Source: a virus (Duplodnaviria > Caudoviricetes). Taken from it: DNA of 43,824 bases. Shown here one piece after another: positions 28,089-36,722 of this stretch. Numbering within the stretch: position 1 is the first letter of the stretch; each line of letters begins with the position of its first letter. The position numbers and the translations under genes are program-made. The stretch lies in the IMG/VR virus record IMGVR_UViG_3300027863_000063, positions 1 to 43,824 of that record. One strand, given 5' to 3'. Under the pieces are notes generated by a model that saw only the letters and a program-made list of their open reading frames with translations, did no database searches and was not told the DNA's origin.

Positions 28089-30227
28089 CTAGCCTCCTAC
28101 ATTCACAATCGGCGCAATCGCCAGCACCGTGAGAGGAAGGCATGATTGCTGAATGGTAATTACCCCTTCAGTATCCCACCCACCCGCCATTTGAATTTCG
28201 ACATCCCCGGAATAGGGACCGATAATATTTGCATATTGCAGTGCATTTTCGTACCCGCATTGGAATTTGAATGAATCCAATACCTTGACCGAAGCTCTTG
28301 GAATTTGCTTATTGCGAAGCGGATTTTCCACTGTCGGCATAGAGCGGAGCTTCGCATCGAGTGCAGTCCCAATAAGGACTGTAGCCCCGTTCGGGACCCC
28401 GCTCGGCGCCGCAGCGATTCCGTTTGAAATGATAATATCGTAAATTGTATTGTTATACATGAGTTTTGCTGCACCACTGAGCCAAGATAATCCAGAAACC
28501 GCGCCTGAAGCGACTACGACTTCTTTTGCATTATCGAGATGCTTCCCAGAAAACAGGGGGAACATTCTTTCAAGATATCGAGTTCCCGAACGATTGACGG
28601 AAATATAGACTTGATCTACTCCGCTTTCTGGAACCACGCATACGCTCTCTACCGTTGCATTTGTAATGGCAACGCGGAAGAATGCCGCAATATTTTGAGA
28701 GCGGTCATAGACGCAGCCAATGAGTATGCCCGATGATTGCGCGAACCATATGAAAGGAATCGATGAAGAAGCATAGTCAATCTGAATCACTCCCGTTAAA
28801 AGATGGTCGGCAAGAATATCAATACGAGCAGCATTATAGGCTTCGCTTTCGGATGAAACGCCCCTGAATACATACGTGCGCGCTGATTTTCTGTCTGAAC
28901 CTATGAATACAATAGAATCATTAAACAGCATCGGCTGCACCCTGGCTGACCCATATGCTGTCTGTTTTTTGCAGATAAAATTCGTCGCCGATGCCCCAGA
29001 AGGAATTATTCGCTCGCCGCAGGTTGTCCCGACTATGAGGTCATTCCCAGAAGCAAACCAAAGAATGGCTTCGTTGATATCTGATGCGATTGTTTTCTTG
29101 AATGCATGAGAAGCAGTAATAATATCTTTCGCATATTCTTTCTCTTCATATTCCGGTATTGAGCGGTCATACCATGAAGAATAGAGAGTTTTAGTGCCAT
29201 TGCCTGTTACAGTCTTATCCAACGTGATTGAATTTGCTCCAAGCGACTCTATACGCGTGATTATGGTAGGATAATCATACTGAATCCCATCTCCGATTAT
29301 GGTATCGCCTACTTTCATCACTGCAATATCATCGGCAGAGACATTTGTAATAACCGCGGACCCCGTCGATAGCGTTCCAGTAAATTGATGCATCGGTTCT
29401 CGAAGCTCTTTCGCGGTGTTGATTATATGGTCATAGAAAGTGAAATTCCCAAAATCAAATGGCTTTGATGCCCATATCGTTTGCGGTTCATTGTCCGTTG
29501 CCGCAAGCCACAATCTGCCGTCATGGATTGCGATTGCTTTCGGATAATTGCCCGACGTCTGAAATGGAATACTGACGGCATAATACAGATTCGCGCCAGA
29601 AATTGTTTTTGTCGCCGCATTGGAAAGCATAATATTATCATTATTGATTTGTGAAATCGTAGTGTTTGCAGGGACCCCATCGCCGGAAATTGCCATCCCG
29701 ATTGAAAGATTCTTCGTTGAGGAAATATTTGCCACGGTAGTTGAGCCGATGGTGAGATTGCCTGTAACCGGCATCGTTGCATTGGACGTTATCGCGAGAT
29801 CGCTGAAGGTAAATTGGTCTACGCTCGTCATTGAAAGGATTTTTACTTTATCCTGGCCGGAAGCAATGTAAAGATTGCCTGAATCCTGCGCGAACTGCAA
29901 ACTCCAAACATCTGAATACACTGTAGTAATTGAAAGAGGACTTCCACCCGACATAAGTTGCACGCCATTCTTCCAGAATCGAATTGCGTTCGGCCTGAAC
30001 TCCAAGATATAGGAAAGCGTATCAGAAATAATGAACGGCACTAGCCGAACTGCGACTGACGCAAGCGTGCCCATATATTCAAACCCTGGACGCATAGTAA
30101 TGCCACCAGGGAGGAACGGAATGAAATTGGTAAGCTCTAGGCAAGCCTTTGCATATACTTGTAAATCCGGCCTGCCCTTGAGCTTCGGTGAAACTTCCCC
30201 AGCCGTGAAATCAGTAATTATGCCCAT
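28089..30227 (-). CDS. Tail tubular protein B / nozzle (T7 gp12, P22 gp10-like)
   Basis: DFTAGEVSPKLKGRPDL..Y..ACLELTNFIP..PGGITMRPG N-terminus; YPKA..HDGRLWLA..EPQTIWAS; C-terminal LPLTVLAI. Confidence 0.88.
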   Translation of the reverse strand: MGIITDFTAGEVSPKLKGRPDLQVYAKACLELTNFIPFLPGGITMRPGFEYMGTLASVAVRLVPFIISDTLSYILEFRPNAIRFWKNGVQLMSGGSPLSITTVYSDVWSLQFAQDSGNLYIASGQDKVKILSMTSVDQFTFSDLAITSNATMPVTGNLTIGSTTVANISSTKNLSIGMAISGDGVPANTTISQINNDNIMLSNAATKTISGANLYYAVSIPFQTSGNYPKAIAIHDGRLWLAATDNEPQTIWASKPFDFGNFTFYDHIINTAKELREPMHQFTGTLSTGSAVITNVSADDIAVMKVGDTIIGDGIQYDYPTIITRIESLGANSITLDKTVTGNGTKTLYSSWYDRSIPEYEEKEYAKDIITASHAFKKTIASDINEAILWFASGNDLIVGTTCGERIIPSGASATNFICKKQTAYGSARVQPMLFNDSIVFIGSDRKSARTYVFRGVSSESEAYNAARIDILADHLLTGVIQIDYASSSIPFIWFAQSSGILIGCVYDRSQNIAAFFRVAITNATVESVCVVPESGVDQVYISVNRSGTRYLERMFPLFSGKHLDNAKEVVVASGAVSGLSWLSGAAKLMYNNTIYDIIISNGIAAAPSGVPNGATVLIGTALDAKLRSMPTVENPLRNKQIPRASVKVLDSFKFQCGYENALQYANIIGPYSGDVEIQMAGGWDTEGVITIQQSCLPLTVLAIAPIVNVGG

Positions 30228-30250
30228 TCAGAACCCCTCATTCAGAATTG

Positions 30251-31051
30251 TTACTGTTTTGGCGCATTTGGAAAAAGCCCTGGGAACCATTCATCCCCCC
30301 TCATTTGTCCTTGCTGCTTTTCGCGCATGGCTTTTGCTGCCGCCTGCGCCACGATCTGCATAGATGCCTGCGCAAATGCAATCTCATTCTCATGGCTTCC
30401 CGTGAGCGGATAGGCGACTGCTGAAGCGATCTGCATAGTGATTGCTTCTGCTAGAAGTGGGTCCCAGCGCGATGGATTCGTTTCATCTGGCACATAGATC
30501 AGTACTGCATTGTTGATATCGCAGAAAAGCCAAGTATTCTCAATCTGGAATTCGACTTTCTGGCCGTTCGTATCGGTAACTTCAATCTGATTTATATAAT
30601 CAGAAGGAAGTGGAAAGTTATACGCATAGCCGGTGAAATTGATATCAGCAAGGCCAGAGAGCACGTCGTACTGGTAGGTCCATGTTACTGTACCATCCGT
30701 AACAGTGCCGGAAGTAGGCCAAGTAACAGACCCTGACCCTGTTGTCCCTGCCACGGTGCATTTGTAGACCGAGTAGATTGTAGAATGCAAGCCAAGCACT
30801 AAATCCCCAAGCAAATAGGCTGTGCTTTCTGCTCGAAGTTGCGATGCAAGCTGTTTCCTGCGTTGCACGCACGTCCACGGCGCAAGCCGCAAAATCTGCT
30901 GACGGGAAGTCGAATAAAATCGTTTTGCAAGCGTTGTAGGTAACCCTGTGCTTGTCGCGTTGGCAATTGTACCATCGGAGCTTGTTATTTCCTCGAGAAC
31001 GTGATTTTTCGCCAGCGCACGATTCATTATATCGACTTCTGTCGTTGGCAT
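30251..31051 (-). CDS. Tail tubular protein A / adaptor (T7 gp11-like) with an inserted CBM-like module
   Basis: TEVDIMNRAL...PWTC..R..LA...YAYNFPLPSDY...WDPLLAEAI..IAS.VAYPLTGS. Confidence 0.82.
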   Translation of the reverse strand: MPTTEVDIMNRALAKNHVLEEITSSDGTIANATSTGLPTTLAKRFYSTSRQQILRLAPWTCVQRRKQLASQLRAESTAYLLGDLVLGLHSTIYSVYKCTVAGTTGSGSVTWPTSGTVTDGTVTWTYQYDVLSGLADINFTGYAYNFPLPSDYINQIEVTDTNGQKVEFQIENTWLFCDINNAVLIYVPDETNPSRWDPLLAEAITMQIASAVAYPLTGSHENEIAFAQASMQIVAQAAAKAMREKQQGQMRGDEWFPGLFPNAPKQ

Positions 31052-31062
31052 ATTTCCTCCTT

Positions 31063-31091
31063 AAAAGGGCAGAGGGATTGCTCCCCCTGCC
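31063..31091 (-). terminator. Rho-independent terminator after the capsid genes
   Basis: Minus strand GGCAGGGGGA-GCAA-TCCCTCTGCC-CTTTT: GNRA-loop hairpin plus a U tract. Confidence 0.7.
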
Positions 31092-31096
31092 TTGCC

Positions 31097-31297
31097 TTAG
31101 AATTCTTCCCAGTTTTCAAACTGGAAGTTTGCTGGAATCTGGGTAGGCCCAGTGAACTCGACAGTGGAAACAATACCACTTCCGCGTTCTTTTACAGTAT
31201 CCTCGCCAGTCCAAAGTGTTCCGTTCCAATAGCAAGTGCGAAGGCATCGAAATCGCCTGGTTTCCTTTTCGGGAACCGTTAAATCTTTCTTTGCCAT
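31097..31297 (-). CDS. Small hypothetical virion-module protein
   Basis: GGAGG RBS; RFRCLRTCYWNG..W; follows the cement gene. Confidence 0.65.
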   Translation of the reverse strand: MAKKDLTVPEKETRRFRCLRTCYWNGTLWTGEDTVKERGSGIVSTVEFTGPTQIPANFQFENWEEF

Positions 31298-31306
31298 CCC
31301 TTCCTC

Positions 31307-31687
31307 CTAGTACCGCGCCCTGAGCGCTGCGGTGATTTTGCCTGCCGTAAAAGCAGTTGATGCCTTCACGGCAAGGTTTACGCGCAGATACCGACTGAGT
31401 CCAGTCGGCAATGGAATTTCAAGTACCTTCCCCTTCGCCAGCGCAGAAGCCGCCAATTCGCCGGTGTTGATTGGGGCATCGCTGAAGGTGGAATTGTCGG
31501 CCGAGTGCTGAAGCTTGATTGTCAGTGTTGCTCCGTTTGAAGTTGTTGCCGCTTCATTGGCCCAGACTTCCAGTACAATCGGTTCTACATCGCCGACTTT
31601 TGCAGCGAGCGTATCGATTACGTCCCCAGTGGCGCTTCCGCCAGTGAGTGCGTATTTGTTGAAGAAAACGTTCTTTACATGAAACAT
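31307..31687 (-). CDS. Bbp16-like capsid cement/decoration protein
   Basis: VIDT...ATLTIKLQHSADNSTFSD...LAKG...LP..L.RYLRVN...FTAGKITA pattern; follows the major capsid gene. Confidence 0.8.
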   Translation of the reverse strand: MFHVKNVFFNKYALTGGSATGDVIDTLAAKVGDVEPIVLEVWANEAATTSNGATLTIKLQHSADNSTFSDAPINTGELAASALAKGKVLEIPLPTGLSRYLRVNLAVKASTAFTAGKITAALRARY

Positions 31688-31719
31688 GGTTTTCGCTCCT
31701 TTATCCCTTAGGATATTCC

Positions 31720-32712
31720 TTAAGATACGAGCGATTCCGTGGACAGGATGGTATCCTGCCTGCGGAACCGAATCTCACCAAGCATCGTAGTCGGTCTGCC
31801 CCATGGGTCATCTTTGGTTGATGTGTAAAGGCTGCGCGTGATGACGGTGTATTCCTCAAGAATAGTCAGTACATCAGCGTTCATGTAGGCCACGACAGTC
31901 CCATTGCCCTTCGGCAATTTGTTCTTTGCCTGGATGAGCTTCGCCAAGATTGCTTCGGCATTCGTGCTGCTCATATCTGTGGGGTTAATGTTGCAGATTC
32001 GCTTGATTGCCATGGGATGCCGAACCGTGATGCCAAAATGTGTTTTGTAGAACGTCCGATACATCGGCAATGTTCCAAGGGAACCATCCGCCTTCTGCAC
32101 GGTAACATCCTGCTTGCCACGCCATTCTGCAGAAACGCCCAAGCCACCTACACCGCGCGGATAAATGAGCTTTGCTTTGTCCTCGGCCCATTTCACGAGA
32201 ATGATGGAGGTGAAGTTCGATCCACTTGTTTCAACCTTGAATACCGACTGATTGTCTGCGACTGCGGGGAATCGAGCATAGATGCCATCGATATACTCAA
32301 GGCCATCGTACCGGCGAGCATAGAGGAGGTCCTGCGCCTGTGTCTGCCCAAGGCCTTCCAGGAATGCCTTGTCCTCGGAATCGATGAATGCCTGTTTATC
32401 CGGTGAGTGGTCCGCCATGTCCGCATCGATGTCAGAATAGGCTTCGAGCATTTCAATTCCATCTTCGATCTGCCTGGTCGCAGATGCTTCCGCGGCGATC
32501 GGAGCGCCATAAATCCTACGCGTACCAACGGGTAAGGTTGCCCGCTGAACTGTCCTGTTAACCGTTCCATCGGACGCCTCCCCGATAACGCCATCGAGCA
32601 GCAATTCATTTGTTTCAGAAAGCGACTCGATGATGAAAATTGTATTCTTATCCCCGAAACGTTTTGCCATTTCAATGGGGGTAAGCGTATCATTGAGCGA
32701 TAGAGTTGCCAT
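31720..32712 (-). CDS. Major capsid protein (BPP-1 Bbp17-like, HK97 fold)
   Basis: IIESLSETNELL, LEAYSDID, E.KAFLEGLGQ, TSIILVKW..YPRG, RICNI, RRQDTILSTES motifs. Confidence 0.9.
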   Translation of the reverse strand: MATLSLNDTLTPIEMAKRFGDKNTIFIIESLSETNELLLDGVIGEASDGTVNRTVQRATLPVGTRRIYGAPIAAEASATRQIEDGIEMLEAYSDIDADMADHSPDKQAFIDSEDKAFLEGLGQTQAQDLLYARRYDGLEYIDGIYARFPAVADNQSVFKVETSGSNFTSIILVKWAEDKAKLIYPRGVGGLGVSAEWRGKQDVTVQKADGSLGTLPMYRTFYKTHFGITVRHPMAIKRICNINPTDMSSTNAEAILAKLIQAKNKLPKGNGTVVAYMNADVLTILEEYTVITRSLYTSTKDDPWGRPTTMLGEIRFRRQDTILSTESLVS

Positions 32713-32796
32713 ATTGGTCTCCCGCGCTCAAGGTTTATTGAAAGCCGGTCAAGGGTTACCACCCTAGTCAAGGGTTATAGCCCTCAAGCCAAGATT

Positions 32797-33651
32797 TTAT
32801 AATCCTGGCCTATCGATCCCCGTTACTGGTTTCGCCTGCCCAATGGGTCCGCCTCCGCCAATTGTGTCCTCAGTAATCGAAAGCCCTACTCGGTGCATAA
32901 ACTTGATGAATTCAGGGTTTGCCCAGAAATCACCTTCCTTCGCTGCCTTCATGAAGCCTTCAGAACCAAAGGCATCCACTGCACGTTTAACAATCTCATC
33001 ATTGCGAGCAAAGTCTTTGCCCCATTCGGTTTTTAATGCATTGATTGTAGAAGCGTATCGTTCAGCCCTGGATTTTTCAGCTCTCTGCGCGCTCTGAGTA
33101 AGAAGCTGGACCGCATTGTCATTTGCCCGTTTCCACAATTCAGCCGCTTGTTTCTGTGTCAGTTTCAAGTCAAAGGCGAGCTGCTTCGTGGCCTCGAGCT
33201 GCTTCGGATCGATATTGACCCGCTTATCAACCTCGAGCTTGTAATCTTCAGGTTTTTCAGGCACGCCCAGTTTTTTGTAAAACTCTGCGGCCTTCGGGGA
33301 TGCATCATCTTCCGGCAGCTCTACCATCTTGCCTAGTTTACTCTCGGCCTCGATTGCTGCCTTCGTAAGTTCATCCCATGATTTGAATTTGCTCACGAAT
33401 TGCAGAATCTTCTCATCAGACCTCGACTCTTTTGGCAAGGCGGAGGCAAAGCCTGGCAGTTGCGGTGTCGCCTGCGCTCCATCGCCCTGTGCCTGTGCTG
33501 CATCCTTCCCCGTAGACTGCGACGCAGCCTCGGGATTGCTGGGAGAAATTACAAGACCGTCGAGAAATCCAGCCTCTTTCTCTCCTGCGTCCGCTACCTG
33601 GGTGGGGTTGTCTTTTTCAAGGCCCGCACTCGGTTCATTTGTTTCTGGCAT
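32797..33651 (-). CDS. Capsid scaffolding protein
   Basis: FYKKLGVPEKPEDY, LTQKQA, LKTEWGKDF, NPEFIKFMHRVG..ITED; upstream of the major capsid gene. Confidence 0.85.
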   Translation of the reverse strand: MPETNEPSAGLEKDNPTQVADAGEKEAGFLDGLVISPSNPEAASQSTGKDAAQAQGDGAQATPQLPGFASALPKESRSDEKILQFVSKFKSWDELTKAAIEAESKLGKMVELPEDDASPKAAEFYKKLGVPEKPEDYKLEVDKRVNIDPKQLEATKQLAFDLKLTQKQAAELWKRANDNAVQLLTQSAQRAEKSRAERYASTINALKTEWGKDFARNDEIVKRAVDAFGSEGFMKAAKEGDFWANPEFIKFMHRVGLSITEDTIGGGGPIGQAKPVTGIDRPGL

Positions 33652-33666
33652 GTGTATGCCCTCCTT

Positions 33667-33924
33667 TTATTTCGCGCTTGCGAGTATCGTGGATATCAAA
33701 TCCAAAAGCCCGTTCGCGTCATTTAACCCGATCCGTTCCCGAATCAGGAAAATTGCATAATTCCGTAAAGCAGTTCTATCTTCGCCCTGTGAAGCCGCGA
33801 GAAATCCAAGATCGCTCAGGATTGAGAAAAAAACCTTCTTGCCCTCCGGCGTAGAAAAAACCTTTCGGTACATCATTCTGAGCTCTCGTTCCTTCCTTGC
33901 TTCTTCCTCTTTCGCGTCATCCAT
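33667..33924 (-). CDS. Bbp19-like protein
   Basis: YRKVFSTPEGKKVF..ILSDLGF motif; located between portal and scaffold. Confidence 0.75.
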   Translation of the reverse strand: MDDAKEEEARKERELRMMYRKVFSTPEGKKVFFSILSDLGFLAASQGEDRTALRNYAIFLIRERIGLNDANGLLDLISTILASAK

Positions 33925-35605
33925 TCGAGCCCCCTACTATCTTACCGGCCTGTTCCAAAGGGCTTCCAGGCTGTGGTGCCTTACCGAGCTTGTCGGCATT
34001 GTTCAAAAGATTCTGCTGCTGAATGAGCGCTATTTGCTGCTGCTGTTGCTGCGCCATCGCTGCAGCTCTCTGTTGCCGCAGTTTCTCGACATCCTCTTTC
34101 TCGCGGATCACGGTTGCCGGAGCTCCAATGCTCTCCAAGCTCTCCCTGGTGAGTGCGTCAAAGTCCACGTTGTCGAGCGCATCAGGCTTAATTTGCGCCA
34201 AGGGAGCGATATAGTTGAAAGCCTGGTTAAGTCCATCACTCTTGTAGTATCTTCGCTGCATCTGCGACAGTCGACCAAGGAATTCGACCTTAAGGTACTT
34301 CTGTTCACGCATTGCATCGATAATCGCCCTAGGGGGGTCAGGGAAAACACGCGCGCGCATCAAGATATTAAAGGACCTCCGAACGGCGGGCTGCAACGCT
34401 TCGAGCTCGAAACGGCCTACGGTTGACCCTAGAATTGCCACACGCTCGCCTGCCATCTCAATCACCTCTGTCGCAGTACGCTGTCGGGCTTCGAGCTCTT
34501 CAAGCATTTGGTAAACAGGAACGTTAAAGTGCGCATCGATAGCTGCCTCAATCTTCTCCTCGTTGTCAACCGTGATGGGATAATTTGCACCAAGAGGAAC
34601 AGGTTCAACCCGCTGCTGCGGTCCCGTCATGTAGATATGGTACCCTGGTATTACAAAATCTGACCCTTCGAGTGCCGCATCCACCATCATCGGGGGGTCT
34701 GCAATCAGGTTGCCCAATGCAATCCGAGACCGCACCATTTGATTAGCAATGTAATTATCGTCTATCACGTCAAAGCCTGGCCCTCGCCCATAGACTTCGC
34801 CGGCCGATTTATCGTAGCGCCAGATTAAATATGGCATCTCCCAATAGCCGCCGACATCGATAATGTGCTCATTATGGGGGTCATACGCGATGACGATAAA
34901 CGGGAACTTGTTTGATACCGGCCTTGAGGCATATTGCAAGTAGCGCTTGTCCATCGGCATGACAATACGCAGAATTGTCGTCGACGCAAACGGCGTGCGC
35001 TGCACGAATTGCTGCCAGGAAGGATGAAGGCGTTCTACGCCATACCGCTCCGCGAATGACCGGTAGGATTGGTACACCTCTTCAACGACGGTATCGACTT
35101 GCTGATAGGATCCTTCAGCCATCCACACGGCTTTCGGGTGCGGGCAGCGATACGCAATTTTGTGCGCAGTGATATCCTCTTCGCAATAAACAATTCCGGT
35201 CCCCATCGCCATGGCATCTTGAATTGCCTCGGCCAGGGTCTCGTAGAATCCTGCACGGGAGAAGTGCGCCAAAAGCTCACGCTGACAGAATTCCAGCCAG
35301 TCCTGCACCATATACTGCCCCATCAGGCTTTGATCCTCAAAGGTGAGCATCATCCAGTCGGACCGGCGGTCGGCAGTGTAGCCCTGGAAGCCGGAGGAAG
35401 CAATTTTCAACGCACGCTTTGCACGGGTGGAATATTTCTGCGGTGGCCGAGGGGAAGCGTTTTGATTCTCAGGCTTATAAACAAGTCGGCGATCATAGAA
35501 TGCATTGGTGATTTCTGACCATACCGACTCGTACGGTTTTCGGTCCGCTTTCAGGACCTGGACCATTTGGGAAAGCTCTTGAACAAGCGTATCATCAACC
35601 ATCAC
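33917..35605 (-). CDS. Portal / head-tail connector (T7 gp8-like)
   Basis: MGTG, RYDK..GEVYGRGPG, RTATEV, LGS..GR..E.LQP..RR, VEFLGRLSQMQ motifs. Confidence 0.92.
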   Translation of the reverse strand: MMVDDTLVQELSQMVQVLKADRKPYESVWSEITNAFYDRRLVYKPENQNASPRPPQKYSTRAKRALKIASSGFQGYTADRRSDWMMLTFEDQSLMGQYMVQDWLEFCQRELLAHFSRAGFYETLAEAIQDAMAMGTGIVYCEEDITAHKIAYRCPHPKAVWMAEGSYQQVDTVVEEVYQSYRSFAERYGVERLHPSWQQFVQRTPFASTTILRIVMPMDKRYLQYASRPVSNKFPFIVIAYDPHNEHIIDVGGYWEMPYLIWRYDKSAGEVYGRGPGFDVIDDNYIANQMVRSRIALGNLIADPPMMVDAALEGSDFVIPGYHIYMTGPQQRVEPVPLGANYPITVDNEEKIEAAIDAHFNVPVYQMLEELEARQRTATEVIEMAGERVAILGSTVGRFELEALQPAVRRSFNILMRARVFPDPPRAIIDAMREQKYLKVEFLGRLSQMQRRYYKSDGLNQAFNYIAPLAQIKPDALDNVDFDALTRESLESIGAPATVIREKEDVEKLRQQRAAAMAQQQQQQIALIQQQNLLNNADKLGKAPQPGSPLEQAGKIVGGSNG

Positions 35606-35964
35606 TTCAACCCTGGCCTCTGCACTTGCGGCTCATACTCAGGCGACTTCTTCTGCGTGCGCTTTTCGATAATCGCCTGCAGGAGTTCTTCGGGATCCGC
35701 GCTTGGCATTTGGATTCCCTCGGACTTCGCGAGCATCTGGATTGCTTCTTCGCGGCTCATCCCTTTTGCCTCGTAGCCCTGCAAGAGTTCGTCCACGGCC
35801 GCCTGCTCAGGGAGGTACTCCTGCTCACCAGTATCAGTTTGCCTCGATGCGAAGCCAGGGATATCCGACTGCTGCGGAGTCTCATTGTTTGCGGTCGCTG
35901 CTATACGGTCCAGGAATGCCTGCTCTCTATCGCCAACCGGCTTCTCAGCTTTCTTTTTTGCCAT
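35602..35964 (-). CDS. Hypothetical protein, first gene of the structural operon
   Basis: GGGG RBS; stop overlaps the portal start. Confidence 0.7.
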   Translation of the reverse strand: MAKKKAEKPVGDREQAFLDRIAATANNETPQQSDIPGFASRQTDTGEQEYLPEQAAVDELLQGYEAKGMSREEAIQMLAKSEGIQMPSADPEELLQAIIEKRTQKKSPEYEPQVQRPGLK

Positions 35965-36300
35965 CGAAAGCCCCCTATCTATCGTATGACCTACATTGCA
36001 AATTGGATTTACTCAAGTACCCTGCACGCCATGCGCACAAATCTGCAAAAGAAAGTGCAAATTCTGCAAGTTTTCTCAAAAATTCTCAATACAATCAGTT
36101 CCCCCTTATGAGAAAAATGAGAATCATCTGTTAGTTTTAGTTAGCGGGCACTTTCCCGATACTTTTACATTTCTTAGACAATTCTTAGCCATACTTTTAC
36201 AAAACTTATCCGATACTTTTACCTTCGCGCGCCTTACTACACAAATGTTAGCGTATTCTTTTACAAATATTTTACAAATATTTTACTTTTCTTATCCCAT
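35965..36300. other. AT-rich non-coding region with short repeats (candidate genome-end / packaging / divergent promoter region)
   Basis: ccgatacttttac at 36156 and 36210, ccatacttttac at 36189, ttttacaaata tandem at 36259..36286, ttctca x2 facing tgagaa x2 at about 36073..36123. Confidence 0.55.
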
Positions 36301-36303
36301 CTA

Positions 36304-36339
36304 TTGCAAACCAAATCGCTTTGCATTACCTTATAGGTA
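36304..36339 (+). promoter_or_regulatory. Sigma70-type promoter of the plus-strand island, overlapped by two inverted repeats
   Basis: TTGCAA (36304), 17 nt, TACCTT (36327); IR1 TGCAAACC/GCTTTGCA (36305..36325); IR2 TACCT-TAT-AGGTA (36327..36339). Confidence 0.65.
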
Positions 36340-36345
36340 GAAAGC

Positions 36346-36382
36346 CTGCGGGCGACAGAAGGGCGCCGGGGCTAGGAGGTAA
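36346..36382 (+). repeat. 37-bp leader repeat, copy 1 (hairpin + RBS)
   Basis: ctgcgggcgacagaagggcgccggggctaggaggtaa is identical to 36683..36719. Confidence 0.95.
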
Positions 36383-36385
36383 ATC

Positions 36386-36712
36386 ATGGAAGATTTTATT
36401 AAGTCGTTAACTGCCGAAGAACGGCAAGTGCTGGGCCGGTATCTTATTAATTCCATTGCGGAGCGTCATAGTTTTGACTCCGCATTGCAGGAAGCTATCG
36501 GGAATCTGCTCCTCGATAGCTTGCCAAGCTGGGAAGGCGAGGGGTTCAATGATTACATAGCTCGCACTGCCCAGCAAGTTATTGAGGGCGTCTATGAAAG
36601 CATAGATGAGATAAAAAAGGAATTCGATGGTCTGGTGAAAGAATTCAACGATGCGGCACGCCAGGGAAACCAGGAAGAGAATCTGCGGGCGACAGAAGGG
36701 CGCCGGGGCTAG
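36386..36712 (+). CDS. Acidic helical hypothetical protein (candidate anti-defence protein)
   Basis: AGGAGG RBS within repeat 1; D/E-rich; its stop codon lies inside repeat 2. Confidence 0.8.
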   Translation: MEDFIKSLTAEERQVLGRYLINSIAERHSFDSALQEAIGNLLLDSLPSWEGEGFNDYIARTAQQVIEGVYESIDEIKKEFDGLVKEFNDAARQGNQEENLRATEGRRG

Positions 36713-36719
36713 GAGGTAA
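36683..36719 (+). repeat. 37-bp leader repeat, copy 2
   Basis: Exact copy of 36346..36382. Confidence 0.95.
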
Positions 36720-36722
36720 GAG

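Noticed and set aside
32718-32745. ATTGAAAG-ending stretch as a solitary CRISPR repeat (RNA anti-CRISPR)
   Set aside because: Single copy, no repeat-like hairpin, antisense to the capsid RBS; an 8-mer match is expected by chance.
36346-36719. 37-bp direct repeats near csx3 as a CRISPR mini-array
   Set aside because: They are separated by a 300-bp gene rather than a 30-40-bp spacer, they end in an RBS, and they lack CRISPR-type termini (GTT.../...GAAAC).
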